32,000 nt of DNA from Aliivibrio fischeri ES114 (GCF_000011805.1 NC_006840.2), one strand, 5' to 3'. Shown: positions 20,038-31,500, counted from the first letter of the stretch. Notes: generated by a model not told the origin, from the sequence alone. Program-made: numbers and translations.

Positions 20038-20685
20038 ATGAACGAACTTACTGCGTTTAATGAGCAACGCGCTGAAATATACTGGTGGCTATCTAGCCTA
20101 CTATCAGCAGAATTAACGACAGAACAACTTGAGCAATATGGCAGTTTTGAAGTACGTACTTTTCTATCTAATTTAGCTGAAACACCAGAACTAAGTGATT
20201 CAGTTAATGCATTAATTGAAAAATTAAATGCCGTGCAAGGTCGTGAAGATGCACAACTTGAACTTTCTGCTGATTTTTGTGATGCCTTTTTAGGCTCAGA
20301 TAAAAGTAGTGCGCTGCCGTACGCTTCTATGTATCTTGACAAATCAGGTCTACTAAACGCAAAACCTGCACAAGATATGCGTGAATGGCTTACAAAATAT
20401 AATATTGCACAAAAAGCTGAATTTAATGAGCCAGCTGACCACATTGCCATTGAATTAGATTTTTTAGGTAATTTAATTGTGATGACAAATCAGCAAGTTT
20501 CTGAAGATGAATTTGAAGCTTATATGAGTGCTCAACTAACCTTTATTAATGAGCAACTGTTAAGTTGGACACCTCGATTTAATGAAATTTGCATCGAAAG
20601 AGATAAATTTGGTTTCTATGCAGCAGTAACAGGCTTACTTGTTACATTCCTAAAGCTAGATGTGAAATTTCTTGCTGGCGAATAA
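20038..20685 (+). CDS. torD: TorD family molybdoenzyme chaperone
   Basis: [30 protein letters not shown] and [17 protein letters not shown] motifs characteristic of TorD/DmsD. Confidence 0.9.
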   Translation: MNELTAFNEQRAEIYWWLSSLLSAELTTEQLEQYGSFEVRTFLSNLAETPELSDSVNALIEKLNAVQGREDAQLELSADFCDAFLGSDKSSALPYASMYLDKSGLLNAKPAQDMREWLTKYNIAQKAEFNEPADHIAIELDFLGNLIVMTNQQVSEDEFEAYMSAQLTFINEQLLSWTPRFNEICIERDKFGFYAAVTGLLVTFLKLDVKFLAGE

Positions 20686-20830
20686 TATAAGATAATTGCT
20701 TTTATTATTTATGTTAAAAAATATGTGATATAAATCAAAAGCAATATCAAAATTTATTAAATCAGTAATTGTTTGCACTATGCTTTAAAGATAAAATGTG
20801 ATCGCAAACGATAAAATTTGTATTGAAATG

Positions 20831-20857
20831 AAAACCGCATTTTACGCGGTTTTTTTC
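20831..20857 (+). terminator. Rho-independent terminator between torD and purR
   Basis: aaaaccgc-attttac-gcggttttttt. Confidence 0.85.
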
Positions 20858-20965
20858 ATTTTTAACCAGGGCCTATTTATCTTCCATCAGTTCTTCTAGT
20901 TTAGAGCGACACCTTTTTTTGTTGGAAAATAAATAGCCCCTTATTACCTATTATAAGGTTTATAT

Positions 20966-21979
20966 ATGGCTACTATTAAAGATGTGGCGAAGCTGGCAGC
21001 AGTTTCAACAACCACCGTTTCTCACGTGATAAATAAAACACGATTTGTTGCTGAAGCAACACAAAAACGTGTTTGGGAAGCAGTTGAAGAATTAAACTAT
21101 GCTCCAAGTGCGGTAGCACGTAGCTTAAAGTGTAATACGACACGTACTATTGGTATGTTAGTAACACAATCATTTAACCCATTTTTTGCAGAAGTAATGC
21201 ATGGTGTTGAAAACTATTGTTACAAGCAAGGCTACACGCTATTCATGTGTAATACTGAAGGCGACCTAGAAAAACAAAAACACTATTTGAGAATGTTGGC
21301 GGAAAAACGAGTAGATGGCCTACTTGTAATGTGTTCAGATCTAAATGAACAATTACTGACCTTGCTTGAAAAGAACACCGAGCTACCAATGGTTATTATG
21401 GACTGGGGTCCTGATAGCCCGCGTACAGACAAGATCATTGATAATTCAGAAGAAGGTGGTTATTTAGCGACGAAGCATCTTATTGAAAATGGTCACACTC
21501 ATATTGCGTGCATTACAGGTCAAGCTGATAAAGTGACTTGTAAAGAACGTGTTCGTGGCTTTGAAAGAGCTCATATCGATGCAAATTTAACCTTTAACCC
21601 AGAATGGATCTTAGAGGGCGATTTTGAATGTGCTTCTGCATCTAGAGCCGTTGATAAAATTCTCGCTATTGAAGAAAATAAACGCCCTACAGCTTTATTC
21701 TGCTTTAACGATATTATGGCATTGGCTGCCATTAGCAAGATTCAACAATCTGGTTTACGTGTACCTGAAGATATTTCAGTTATCGGTTATGACAACATTG
21801 AATTGTCTGCGTATTTCTCACCACCATTAACAACAATCCATCAACCTAAACGCCGTGTAGGTAAAACAGCAGTTGAAATTTTGTTAGAGCGAATTAAAGA
21901 TAAAGATCATGAAAGACGCGTATTTGAAATGCAACCAGAGGTTGTTACACGTAGTAGTGTTTCAAACCGCCTTAAATAA
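20966..21979 (+). CDS. purR: HTH-type purine repressor PurR
   Basis: LacI-family N-terminus [55 protein letters not shown]; closely resembles E. coli PurR throughout. Confidence 0.95.
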   Translation: MATIKDVAKLAAVSTTTVSHVINKTRFVAEATQKRVWEAVEELNYAPSAVARSLKCNTTRTIGMLVTQSFNPFFAEVMHGVENYCYKQGYTLFMCNTEGDLEKQKHYLRMLAEKRVDGLLVMCSDLNEQLLTLLEKNTELPMVIMDWGPDSPRTDKIIDNSEEGGYLATKHLIENGHTHIACITGQADKVTCKERVRGFERAHIDANLTFNPEWILEGDFECASASRAVDKILAIEENKRPTALFCFNDIMALAAISKIQQSGLRVPEDISVIGYDNIELSAYFSPPLTTIHQPKRRVGKTAVEILLERIKDKDHERRVFEMQPEVVTRSSVSNRLK

Positions 21980-22010
21980 TCAATCTAACGCATAATTTGA
22001 GATTCAAAAA

Positions 22011-22042
22011 AAAGCCATACTATTAAAGTGTGGCTTTTTTTA
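22011..22042 (+). terminator. Rho-independent terminator of purR
   Basis: aaaaaagccatac...gtgtggcttttttt. Confidence 0.85.
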
Positions 22043-22254
22043 TTATTAAATATTGTTTACCTAATTCTCAATAATAAAAAATACATAAACACAGATTATT
22101 GATCTCTGAATTTTTATAAATATCAACATTTAAATTATTAATTTTGAGAAAAGTTGAACCGACTTAACAAATTTCTGTAAGTATTTTTTGGATCGATATC
22201 ACACTTTTGTATTTTTCCGTTCAAACTTTTGTTATTGATTGCTATATCATCAAT

Positions 22255-22347
22255 CTTGTCACGAACATGGCAAACTACATGAAAATGTAGGACGCAAAGC
22301 TTCCGGCCTAAGTATTTATATAAGGTAGCGGGGTTGCCGACGGCAAG
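22255..22347 (+). promoter_or_regulatory. Cyclic-di-GMP-I riboswitch aptamer (GEMM-I, Vc2-like)
   Basis: Reads cttgtcACGaacaTGGCAAACtacatGAAAatgtagGACGCAAAGCttCCGGCCTAAgtatttatataaGGTAGCGGGGTTGCCGAcggcaag. GAAA tetraloop, ACGCAAAGC, CCGGCCTAA and GGTAGCGGGGTT.CCGA are conserved GEMM-I elements; P1 forms cttgtc/ggcaag. Located 122 nt 5' of a TfoX-family gene. Confidence 0.95.
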
Positions 22348-22469
22348 TGGTCGATTCTATCCCTTGTTAATTTTTACGTTAAAATAACAATACTTAGTTT
22401 TCAACTTGCTACTATTTCCTCGGGCTCAGTTGTTTAGTGACATAGACTTACTAACCGAGAATTATTGCA

Positions 22470-23057
22470 ATGGATAAACCAGTATTAAAAGACTCACTTC
22501 GTCTACTATCTTCACTAGGAAAGATCACTTCTCGCTCTATGTTTGGGGGATTTGGAATCTTCATTGACGACACCATGTTTGCTCTTGTAGTTCAAGATAA
22601 GCTTCATTTAAGAGCAAGTGACGAAACGATTAACTTATTTAAAGAACAAGGCTTTGAACCATACGTTTATAAAAAACGTGGATTTCCAGTTGTGACAAAA
22701 TATTTTGCTATATCTCCTGAATGTTGGGATGAACCAGATTCAATTTTGATTCAAGCCGTTGTTGCTTTAGATGTAGCGAAAAAAGATAAAGAAAAACAAA
22801 AATCAGCAGGTCCTTCTCGTATTAAAGATTTACCTAATTTACGACTTGCAACAGAAAGAATGCTGAAGAAAGCCGGAATTACAACAGTTGAAGAACTGAA
22901 AAATACTGGCTCTGTAAATGCTTATAAAGCGATACAGCAAACGCATTCAAGTTCAGTAAGTGATGAATTATTATGGTCTTTAGAAGGGGCTATAAAAGGA
23001 ATGCACTGGTCTGTAATTTCTGCCGAAACACGTAATGAATTAAGAAAACAACTATAA
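22470..23057 (+). CDS. tfoY: TfoX/Sxy family DNA transformation regulator, probably TfoY
   Basis: [24 protein letters not shown]-terminal TfoX domain and [27 protein letters not shown]-terminal domain; the GEMM-I leader matches the known V. cholerae tfoY (VC1722) arrangement. Confidence 0.88.
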
Positions 23058-23135
23058 TTAATATTGTTTTAGATTCATTTTTATTATGTTGTATTCTATA
23101 GCGCATAGAATACAACATAATCACTACTATCAGCC

Positions 23136-23873
23136 TTAATCTACAGGCTCTTCATCTACCTGCATCATAAAATCAGTAATCCAACCAATTAATAATATCA
23201 TTAGCCAAGAAACCATAATTGAATTTGGTACTTCAAACTTTGGCGAAATAATTAATGTAGAAAAACCAATAACAGGTAAAAGCCAAGATAGCATAGGTAA
23301 CCAATTTCTATACTTTGAACGTCCTACACTTTGTAAACAAACGATTAAGCCTGTAATTGATAAAGCCACCAAAGCGGCATGTTGTAATCCCCCTATCCAT
23401 AAAGGAATAACAAGAACCAACGGCCACCATGCATTTCTGTTCACTGGTTTCCAACTTCTTGCTGCTATCCATACTAAAGTTACACAAACAATTTGAGCTA
23501 ATGTCGCCCAAGCACTCCCTCCAAGCTTTTCTTCATATTGTAAAGCCATGATCCCAGCTTGCATCGCAATAACAACAGCAGCAATAAATACGATTAAGTG
23601 TATGCTTTTACGGTGTGAAAAGATCACCATTAATAATGGAAACAAAGTCCAAACAGAAATAGATAATGGCATTGGTTGGTATTGGAGCGTAAAACCAAAT
23701 AATGATAAGCCAATTAACAATACCCAAGTAGCAACCCCTCCTTGAGGGATTAACCATAAAATTGGTATCGCCAAAGCTAATAATGGAAGGTCTCCACCAC
23801 TTACTCCAAATGCTAAAACACCAACAATAACTAAAACAAAACTCAAAATAATTGATAACACCGCTAGAAACAT
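23136..23873 (-). CDS. Hypothetical multi-pass inner membrane protein
   Basis: 245 aa with about 8 hydrophobic helices and no recognised family. Confidence 0.6.
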   Translation of the reverse strand: MFLAVLSIILSFVLVIVGVLAFGVSGGDLPLLALAIPILWLIPQGGVATWVLLIGLSLFGFTLQYQPMPLSISVWTLFPLLMVIFSHRKSIHLIVFIAAVVIAMQAGIMALQYEEKLGGSAWATLAQIVCVTLVWIAARSWKPVNRNAWWPLVLVIPLWIGGLQHAALVALSITGLIVCLQSVGRSKYRNWLPMLSWLLPVIGFSTLIISPKFEVPNSIMVSWLMILLIGWITDFMMQVDEEPVD

Positions 23874-23980
23874 CGCTTTCCCTCCATGGTTCAGAGTTGT
23901 TCACTTTGTTACTATTTCAGTGTAGCGTTATTCATCATCTTTATCACTGACCCACTTCACTTTTTATTAAGGCCACATTC

Positions 23981-24283
23981 ATGAATGAATTTACACAAAG
24001 TATTTATATGAACTTAGCGCAGATACCTAAAGGCCGAATCATCAGTTATGGACAATTAGCAAAACTTGCTGGTTACCCTAACCACTCAAGACACGTAGGA
24101 AAAACATTAGCAAAGCTACCAAAAGACACAACTCTACCATGGCATCGGGTTGTCAATTCTCAGGGGAGGATTTCGTTATCTGGTGACAGTTTCTATAAAC
24201 AAAAAGAAAGATTAGAAAAGGAAGGAATTGCTATTTGTGAGAATGGAAAAATAATGAATTTTAAGCAAGTAATAATGCAATAA
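23981..24283 (+). CDS. Alkyltransferase-like protein (ATL, MGMT family, YbaZ-like)
   Basis: MGMT-fold signature with PWHRVV replacing the catalytic PCHRV; IPKGRIISYGQLAKLAG. Confidence 0.92.
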   Translation: MNEFTQSIYMNLAQIPKGRIISYGQLAKLAGYPNHSRHVGKTLAKLPKDTTLPWHRVVNSQGRISLSGDSFYKQKERLEKEGIAICENGKIMNFKQVIMQ

Positions 24284-24351
24284 CTCACATTACTACTTGC
24301 TCTACTTATTCAAATAAGTATCACTTACTCGAATTAAGAATAACCGTTAAA

Positions 24352-24855
24352 TTACTGACGAACGCCTTTCAGTAATAGGTCTTGATTCAGCGTTGTTGCT
24401 TCATCAGTAATTACTGCATAGTTCGTGTCTGTAGTAAAACGTAATTTACCATCAACTTTAATTGTTGCACGTACTGCATAGCGGTGATTAGCTTGAATAT
24501 CTGCAGTATTAAACTCTAAAGAGTAAGCGAATGGAGATGAATTTTCACCTACTTCAAACGTTTGCTCTGTGATAGTTTTCGATGGTGCATCAGCTAAAGA
24601 AACATCCTCTAAAGTAACAGTTACAACCGCATTTGCAGGTAATGCAATACGCTCACGGTAGCCTACTGTACCAGTAACTGCTTGCGTTGCAGCTGCTTCT
24701 ACTGGTGCTACTTCTGTCTCAACAACTTCCACTTGCTCAACCACTTCTTGTTGTGGTGCAGCTGTTGTTTCTTTTTCTGATTTATCAGATGAATTGCAAC
24801 CGACCATTGTTAATCCTGTAACGACTGATAAAGCTACTAGTAATGACTTTTTCAT
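24352..24855 (-). CDS. YbaY-family lipoprotein
   Basis: Lipobox LTMVGCNSS; domain VTGTVGYRERIALPANAVVTVTLEDVSLADAPSKTI resembles YbaY; lies next to ATL (ybaZ-like) and tesB as in E. coli. Confidence 0.82.
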   Translation of the reverse strand: MKKSLLVALSVVTGLTMVGCNSSDKSEKETTAAPQQEVVEQVEVVETEVAPVEAAATQAVTGTVGYRERIALPANAVVTVTLEDVSLADAPSKTITEQTFEVGENSSPFAYSLEFNTADIQANHRYAVRATIKVDGKLRFTTDTNYAVITDEATTLNQDLLLKGVRQ

Positions 24856-25087
24856 TTTATTCTCTCTAATTTAATTGCCATTCAAAACCACGCTGAATAT
24901 AGACTGATTATTTATATCTGTCTCTCTATTCTCGATATCTTTGACACAAAACTGACTCAATAAGCTTATTATTACAGTGATTTGATATAAACTTATCTTT
25001 AATTAACATTATATTTAACTTATTGAACTCAATCTGAATATCTTTAAAATAGAGTTATTATTTGAGAGTGATCATACAGGCCAAAAA

Positions 25088-25951
25088 ATGAACCAACCAC
25101 TTAACGAATTACTTAACTTGCTACAGCTAGAGCAATTAGAGCAGGATCTTTTCCGAGGACAAAGCGAACATTTAGGTCTACCACAAGTTTATGGTGGTCA
25201 AGTTATTGGACAAGCACTTTCAGCAGCTCGCTATACGGTTGATAATGATAGAACTGTTCATTCATTTCATAGCTACTTTCTTTACCCTGGTGACCCTGAA
25301 AAAGCTATTATCTATGATGTTGAAAACTTACGAGATGGCCGAAGTTTCAGTACTCGTCGTGTAAAAGCCATTCAAAATGGTCGCCCTATTTTCTATCTAA
25401 CGGCTTCTTATCATGGAGATGAGCCTGGGTTTGAGCATCAATCTCACATGCCTGAAATCGCAGGTCCTGAAAACTTTGCATCAGAAACTCAATTAGCTGA
25501 GGCGATCAAACACGTTTTACCACCAGCGGTACAAAAAATATTCTGTGGTGAAAAACCAATCGAAGTTCGTCCAGTCAACATTGTGAATCCACTTGCTCCG
25601 AAAAAAGCGGCACCAACTCAGCATCTCTGGATTAAAGCAAACGGTGAATTACCTGATAACCAATTAATTCATCAATACTTATTAGCTTATGCATCTGATT
25701 GGGGCTTTTTACCAACGGCTCTTCACCCACATGAAGTGAGCTTATTAACTCCTAACTTCCAAGTGGCTACGATTGATCACTCAATGTGGTTCCACCGTCC
25801 ATTCAAAATGGATGAATGGCTGCTTTATTCAATTGAAAGCACTAATGCAAGTGGCTCTCGTGGACTAGTAAGAGGGGAAATATTCAATCAGAAAGGCCAA
25901 CTTGTTGCTTCTGCTATGCAAGAAGGCGTGATGAGAATGAAGAAAAAATAG
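25088..25951 (+). CDS. tesB: Acyl-CoA thioesterase II
   Basis: [67 protein letters not shown] motifs of TesB. Confidence 0.95.
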   Translation: MNQPLNELLNLLQLEQLEQDLFRGQSEHLGLPQVYGGQVIGQALSAARYTVDNDRTVHSFHSYFLYPGDPEKAIIYDVENLRDGRSFSTRRVKAIQNGRPIFYLTASYHGDEPGFEHQSHMPEIAGPENFASETQLAEAIKHVLPPAVQKIFCGEKPIEVRPVNIVNPLAPKKAAPTQHLWIKANGELPDNQLIHQYLLAYASDWGFLPTALHPHEVSLLTPNFQVATIDHSMWFHRPFKMDEWLLYSIESTNASGSRGLVRGEIFNQKGQLVASAMQEGVMRMKKK

Positions 25952-26013
25952 GCATTCGCATCTTTTCTATTGGTCAGGCTATCGTTGCCTGACCTGCTTA
26001 TTTGAATATCAGA

Positions 26014-26481
26014 TTATAACGGTAATTCAGTCGTGTATTTCAACGGCTCCATAGCAAATGTGCTGGTTACATTTGATATGCCATCAATACTATTAACCAA
26101 CTTCTTATAAAACCCATCAAAAGCTTTCATGTCTTCCGCAAGAACTTTCATCATATAGTCGTACTCTCCTGCCATTCGATAAAATTCCATAACTTCAGGA
26201 AAATCTGACACCGTATCAACAAATCGGTTATACCATTCTTGTGAATGATTCGACGTTTTAATCAAAACAAACGCATTAAAGCTCAAGCCTAACTTTTCAG
26301 GATTAAGTAACGCTACTTTCTTTTCAAGAATGCCTTCTTCTTCAAGTCTCTTTAATCGTTTCCAACACGGTGTTGTGGTCAAATTAACGGCATCAGCTAA
26401 CTCTTGTAATGAGACCGTGCAATCCTTTTGCAATAATGAAAGTAAAGTTGTATCTACCTTATCTAGCTCATGCTTCCCCAT
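26014..26481 (-). CDS. Lrp/AsnC family transcriptional regulator
   Basis: N-terminal HTH ([40 protein letters not shown]) and C-terminal RAM domain. Confidence 0.92.
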   Translation of the reverse strand: MGKHELDKVDTTLLSLLQKDCTVSLQELADAVNLTTTPCWKRLKRLEEEGILEKKVALLNPEKLGLSFNAFVLIKTSNHSQEWYNRFVDTVSDFPEVMEFYRMAGEYDYMMKVLAEDMKAFDGFYKKLVNSIDGISNVTSTFAMEPLKYTTELPL

Positions 26482-26600
26482 AAAAACCTCACTGTAGAAA
26501 ATTTTTCTATTTTATTACCAATATGAAGTAAATATAGCAAAGTTTTTCTCATCGAACAGCGGTAAATTATTCACATAGTCACTTTTAAAGGAAAATCATT

Positions 26601-27665
26601 ATGTGTACCGATCATAATTGGATAAATAACGCTATTCGTAAAATTGAAGCAGATTACCAACGCTCTGCTGATACGCATCTTATTAAACTTGATTTGCCTA
26701 TGCTTGAAGGTATCGATGTATACCTAAAAGATGAAAGTACACATCCAACAGGCTCCCTTAAACACCGTTTAGCACGCTCTCTATTTCTTTATGCTATTTC
26801 TAACGGTTGGATTGGTCCAAACACACCAATTATAGAATCATCATCTGGCAGCACTGCCGTATCAGAAGCGTATTTTGCGCGTTTATTAGGTTTGCCATTC
26901 ATTGCCGTTGTACCTCGTAAAACAGCAACGAAAAAAATTGAAATGATTAAGTTTTATGGCGGCCAAGCGCACTTTGTAGAACGTTCTGATGAGATCTACG
27001 CTGAATCTCGCCGTCTAGCTGAAGAACTAAATGGTCACTACATGGACCAATTTACTTATGCTGAACGTGCCACTGACTGGCGTGGTAACAACAACATTGC
27101 AGATAGTATTTTCCGTCAAATGAAATTAGAAGACCACCCAGAACCAACATGGGTTGTAATGAACCCTGGCACAGGTGGTACTTCAGCAACGATCGGTCGC
27201 TTTATCCGTTATCAAAAATACAATACAAAACTGTGCGTTGTTGACCCTGAAAATTCCGTTTTCCATGATTTCTATAAAACAGGCAATAAAGAGCTAACAT
27301 TAGATGCTGGAAGTAAAATTGAAGGGATTGGCCGCCCTCGCGTAGAACCAAGTTTTATTCCTGGTGTTATTGATGAAATGCGTACTATCCCGGATGTTGC
27401 GAGTGTCGCTACTGCACGTTGGTTAGAAGGCATTCTTGGTCGTAAGGCTGGCGCTTCTACAGGTACTAACCTATTTGGTGCATTACAACTCGCTTGTGAA
27501 ATGCAACAACGTGGAGAGAAAGGTTCTATTGTCACTCTATTATGTGATAGTGGTGAGCGATACCTTGATACCTATTATAACGATGAGTGGGTTGCGAATA
27601 ATATTGGCGATTTAACACCAACTTTAGCCCTATTGGCTAATTTTGAGAAAACAGGTCAACTGTAA
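26601..27665 (+). CDS. PLP-dependent cysteine synthase/cysteine desulfhydrase family protein
   Basis: Fold-type II PLP enzyme: [10 protein letters not shown] (PLP lysine), [29 protein letters not shown]. Confidence 0.85.
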   Translation: MCTDHNWINNAIRKIEADYQRSADTHLIKLDLPMLEGIDVYLKDESTHPTGSLKHRLARSLFLYAISNGWIGPNTPIIESSSGSTAVSEAYFARLLGLPFIAVVPRKTATKKIEMIKFYGGQAHFVERSDEIYAESRRLAEELNGHYMDQFTYAERATDWRGNNNIADSIFRQMKLEDHPEPTWVVMNPGTGGTSATIGRFIRYQKYNTKLCVVDPENSVFHDFYKTGNKELTLDAGSKIEGIGRPRVEPSFIPGVIDEMRTIPDVASVATARWLEGILGRKAGASTGTNLFGALQLACEMQQRGEKGSIVTLLCDSGERYLDTYYNDEWVANNIGDLTPTLALLANFEKTGQL

Positions 27666-27723
27666 AGCAAAGTTATAATAATAACGTCAGTTTGGCTTAA
27701 CACCATTTATTGGTATTAACCGC

Positions 27724-27752
27724 AAAGCCATCGATTATCGATGGCTTTTTTA
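27724..27752 (+). terminator. Rho-independent terminator between the PLP enzyme gene and queC
   Basis: aaagccatcgat-tatcgatggcttttttt. Confidence 0.85.
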
Positions 27753-27794
27753 TTACAATATCAATAAATAACTCTACTGAGATTTCCTATTATT

Positions 27795-28478
27795 ATGTCG
27801 ACTGCAATCGTTGTATTTAGTGGCGGACAAGATTCCACCACTTGTTTAATTCAAGCATTAACTCAATATGATCATGTTCATTGTATTACTTTTGATTATG
27901 GCCAACGTCATAATCAAGAAATTGAAGTAGCGAAAAAAGTCTCGATTGAACTTGGTGCAGCTTCTCATAAAGTCATGGATGTCGGCTTATTAAATGAATT
28001 AGCCGTGAGTTCACTTACTCGTGACAACATTCCTGTTTCTCATGAGCTTCAAGAAAATGGCCTGCCAAACTCTTTCGTCCCAGGTCGTAATATTCTCTTC
28101 TTAACGCTTGCTGGCATCTATGCGTATCAATTAGGCGCTGAAGCTGTCATTACAGGTGTCTGTGAGACAGATTTCTCAGGTTACCCAGATTGTCGCGATG
28201 AGTTCGTAAAATCCATTAACCAATCTCTTGTTCTTGGTATGGATCGCCAACTTGAAATTAAAACACCACTAATGTGGTTAAATAAAGCCGAAACATGGGC
28301 TCTTGCTGATAAGTATGGCAAATTAGATTATGTTCGTAATCATACTCTAACCTGTTATAACGGTGTGATTGGTGACGGTTGTGGCGATTGCCCATCGTGT
28401 GATTTGCGCAAAAATGGCTTAGATGCTTACCTAGAAAATAAAGAACCTGTAATGGCTGATTTAGAATCTAAACTCTAA
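27795..28478 (+). CDS. queC: 7-cyano-7-deazaguanine synthase QueC
   Basis: [13 protein letters not shown]-loop, [20 protein letters not shown], and the C-terminal Zn-binding [19 protein letters not shown]. Confidence 0.96.
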   Translation: MSTAIVVFSGGQDSTTCLIQALTQYDHVHCITFDYGQRHNQEIEVAKKVSIELGAASHKVMDVGLLNELAVSSLTRDNIPVSHELQENGLPNSFVPGRNILFLTLAGIYAYQLGAEAVITGVCETDFSGYPDCRDEFVKSINQSLVLGMDRQLEIKTPLMWLNKAETWALADKYGKLDYVRNHTLTCYNGVIGDGCGDCPSCDLRKNGLDAYLENKEPVMADLESKL

Positions 28479-28502
28479 AAAGCGTTATCTCTTTTAAAAA
28501 TA

Positions 28503-28537
28503 AAAAGGCCACCACGATTAAGTGATGGCCTTTTTAT
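28503..28537. terminator. Bidirectional terminator between queC and the RND gene
   Basis: aaaaaggccaccac-gattaa-gtgatggcctttttatt. Confidence 0.85.
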
Positions 28538-28554
28538 TTACTTAAAAACCAATA

Positions 28555-31500
28555 TTAATGGGAAATTCGCCCTTTAATATCATGATCTAATTCTTTATTT
28601 AGTAGATCCTCAACATAACCTGGAGAATGCGTTCCACCCGAGATTAAGCGATACATTGCAGGAATAACAAACAAGGTTACCAAGGTCGCAAATGCCATAC
28701 CAAAGAAAATAACCGTACCAACCGCTACTCGGCTTTCATAGCCAGCACCTGTTGATACAATTAATGGAATAGCACCAGCAAGTGTTGTAAATGCGGTCAT
28801 TAGAATAGGTCGTAAACGTCGAGCTGAAGCATCAACAATCGCCTGTTCAAGTTCAACGCCTTTATCTCGTAGTTGGTTGGCAAATTCCACAATTAAAATA
28901 CCGTTTTTAGTCACCATACCAATGAGCATGATCATACCGATCTGACTATAAATATTCAGGCCTTGATTCATTAACAACAAACCTAAGAAACCACCAAATA
29001 CCCCCATTGGCACCGTAAACATAACAACCAACGGGTTAATAAAGCTTTCAAACTGTGCTGCCAGTACCAAATAAGCCACTAATAGAGCTAAACCAAATAC
29101 AACAAGAATACTGGATTGGTTCTCTTTAAAGTCTTTAGATTCGCCAGTATAGCCAACAGATATATCACTTGGTAATATCTCAATCGCCTTCGCATCCAAA
29201 TAATTCAATGCGTCACCTAAGGTTGCACCATCTTTTAAATTAGCGCTTAAGGTAATCGATTTTTGCTTATTAATATGTGATAAACGAATAGCCGATGCGA
29301 CTTCATTAATCTTAGTGACCGTATCAAGTGTCACCAAATCCCCTGATGACGTTCGCATATAAATCTGACTTAAATCAGCAGCATTATTAAAACTGTTTTC
29401 ATCGCCGCGAAGATAAACATCATATTCTTCTCCACGCTCAACAAACGTGGTTTCACTTTTACCACCGAGCATGATTTCAAGGGTATCCGAAATATCAGAG
29501 ATCTTAATACCTAACTCCGCAGCACGGTGGCGATCAACCGATACCACTAATTCAGGTGTTTTTTCTGAATAGTTAATATCAGCACCTTCCATTAATGGAC
29601 TGTTATTCGCCTCTGCTTTTAATATCTCGCCCCATTTTTGTAGCTCACTGTAATCTGAACCGCCCAATACAAATTGAACTGGTTCACTTGAGCCACCACG
29701 GAAGCCAGGCATCATTGGAAATACACGCACATCAGGAATATCAGCAAGTGCATTTCTGATCACTCCCAATCCTTGTTGAGCAGTTAAGTCACGATCTTCC
29801 CAATCCTCTAAGATCATAATAACAAAACCCGTTTGATCCCCTGCATTACCACCAAACGCTGGTGATTGAATACTGAATGATTTCAAAAAGCCTTTACCCA
29901 ATAACGGCATTAAACGCTCTTCAACAATATCCATATTCGAACTCATGCGGTTGTAACTGGTTGCATCCGCACCTCGAACAAAAGCAAATAATACGCCACG
30001 GTCTTCCTGTGGTGTTAATTGAGATGGTACGTACTGCATCAAGCCATAACTACCACCAATACACGCAAGAATAATCACAGGGGCTAACAAACGCCACGCT
30101 ACGGCTTTCGATACTGCTTTACGATAACTACGTTCTAATGCTGAGAAAACTTTATCGATAAATAAGTTAAAACGATTCGGCTTCACATTTGCTTTTAAAA
30201 TCTTACTACCTAAAACAGGTGTCAGTGTTAACGCGATCAATGAAGAGAACAGAACTGACATAGCAAGCAATACTGAAAATTCAGTAAAGAGCAAACCAAC
30301 CATTCCATCCATAAATGAAATCGGTAAGAACACCATGACAAGCACTAAGGTCGTCGCAATAACGGCAAAACCTACTTCTCTCGCTCCTTTATAAGCAGCA
30401 AGTAATGGTGACTCTCCTTTTTCTAAATGATGGAAAATATTTTCAACCACTACAATGGCGTCATCCACCACCAAACCAATGGATAAAATCAACGCCATCA
30501 AGGTGATTAAGTTAATAGAGAAACCAAAGTAATAAGCGGCAATAAATGATGATATTAATGAAACAGGAACGGTTACCGCAGGGATCAAGGTTGCACGAGC
30601 CTGCCCAATAAAGATATACAGAACCAGAATAACCAGCCCACCAGTAATAAATAGTGTGCTATAGACCTCTGCAATTGAACGCTCAATAAATACCGTTGAG
30701 TCATAATCAATCGCTAAACGAGTTCCTTTTGGCAAAAATTGCTGGATCTTAGCGACTTCTTCGTGAACTAAGTTTGCCACATCTAATGGGTTGGCATCTG
30801 ATTGAGGAACGATCCCCATACTAACGTTTACTACGCCATCGCTTTTAAATGTTGAGTTTTCATTTTCTGCACCAATAAATACATCAGCAACATCTTTTAA
30901 ATAAATAGGTGTTCCATCACTGGCTGTTTTCACCACCAAGTAATTAAAGTCTTCTGCCTTATTATATAAACGCTCAGTTCTAACCGACATGACTATGGCA
31001 TCATTTCGAACTTCACCGCCAGGACTTTCAATATTTTCAGAACGAAGTGCTGCTGTAATGTCTGATGCCGTTACGCCACGCCCAGCCATTAAATCTGGTT
31101 GTAGCTTCACATACATCACTTTATAAAGGCCACCAGAGACATCAACAGAACTCACGCCAGTAATTAAGCTAAAACGGTCAACCAATACACGCTCGATGTA
31201 ATCTGTTAACTCGGTTCTGTCCATTACACTTGAGCTTAAATTAATATAAAGAGAGGCTTCACCACTGCCGTTATTTTTAAATACAATAGGATCATCGGCT
31301 TCATCAGGTAAGCTACGTTGTGCACGGGCAACCGCATCACGAATATCACTCACTCCAGTATTTAAATCATACCCTAGATCAAAAGTAATCATGATACGAG
31401 ACATGCTATTTCGCGTAGTAGACTCGATTTCATCAATCCCACTGATACCAGAGAGCTGGTCTTCTAATACCGTTGTAATTTGGCTTTCAATAATGGTTGC

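Noticed and set aside
20007-20450. 147-aa minus-strand ORF covering the start of torD
   Set aside because: Antisense to torD, Ser/Ala-rich composition typical of a shadow ORF
23608-23904. 98-aa minus-strand ORF overlapping the membrane protein gene in another frame
   Set aside because: Same-strand out-of-frame ORF; the 245-aa hydrophobic ORF is longer and has coherent TM helices
27272-27535. 87-aa minus-strand ORF within the PLP enzyme gene
   Set aside because: Shadow ORF antisense to conserved coding sequence
27666-27794. Searched for a preQ1 riboswitch upstream of queC
   Set aside because: Only the terminator of the preceding gene is visible; no preQ1 aptamer consensus found by eye
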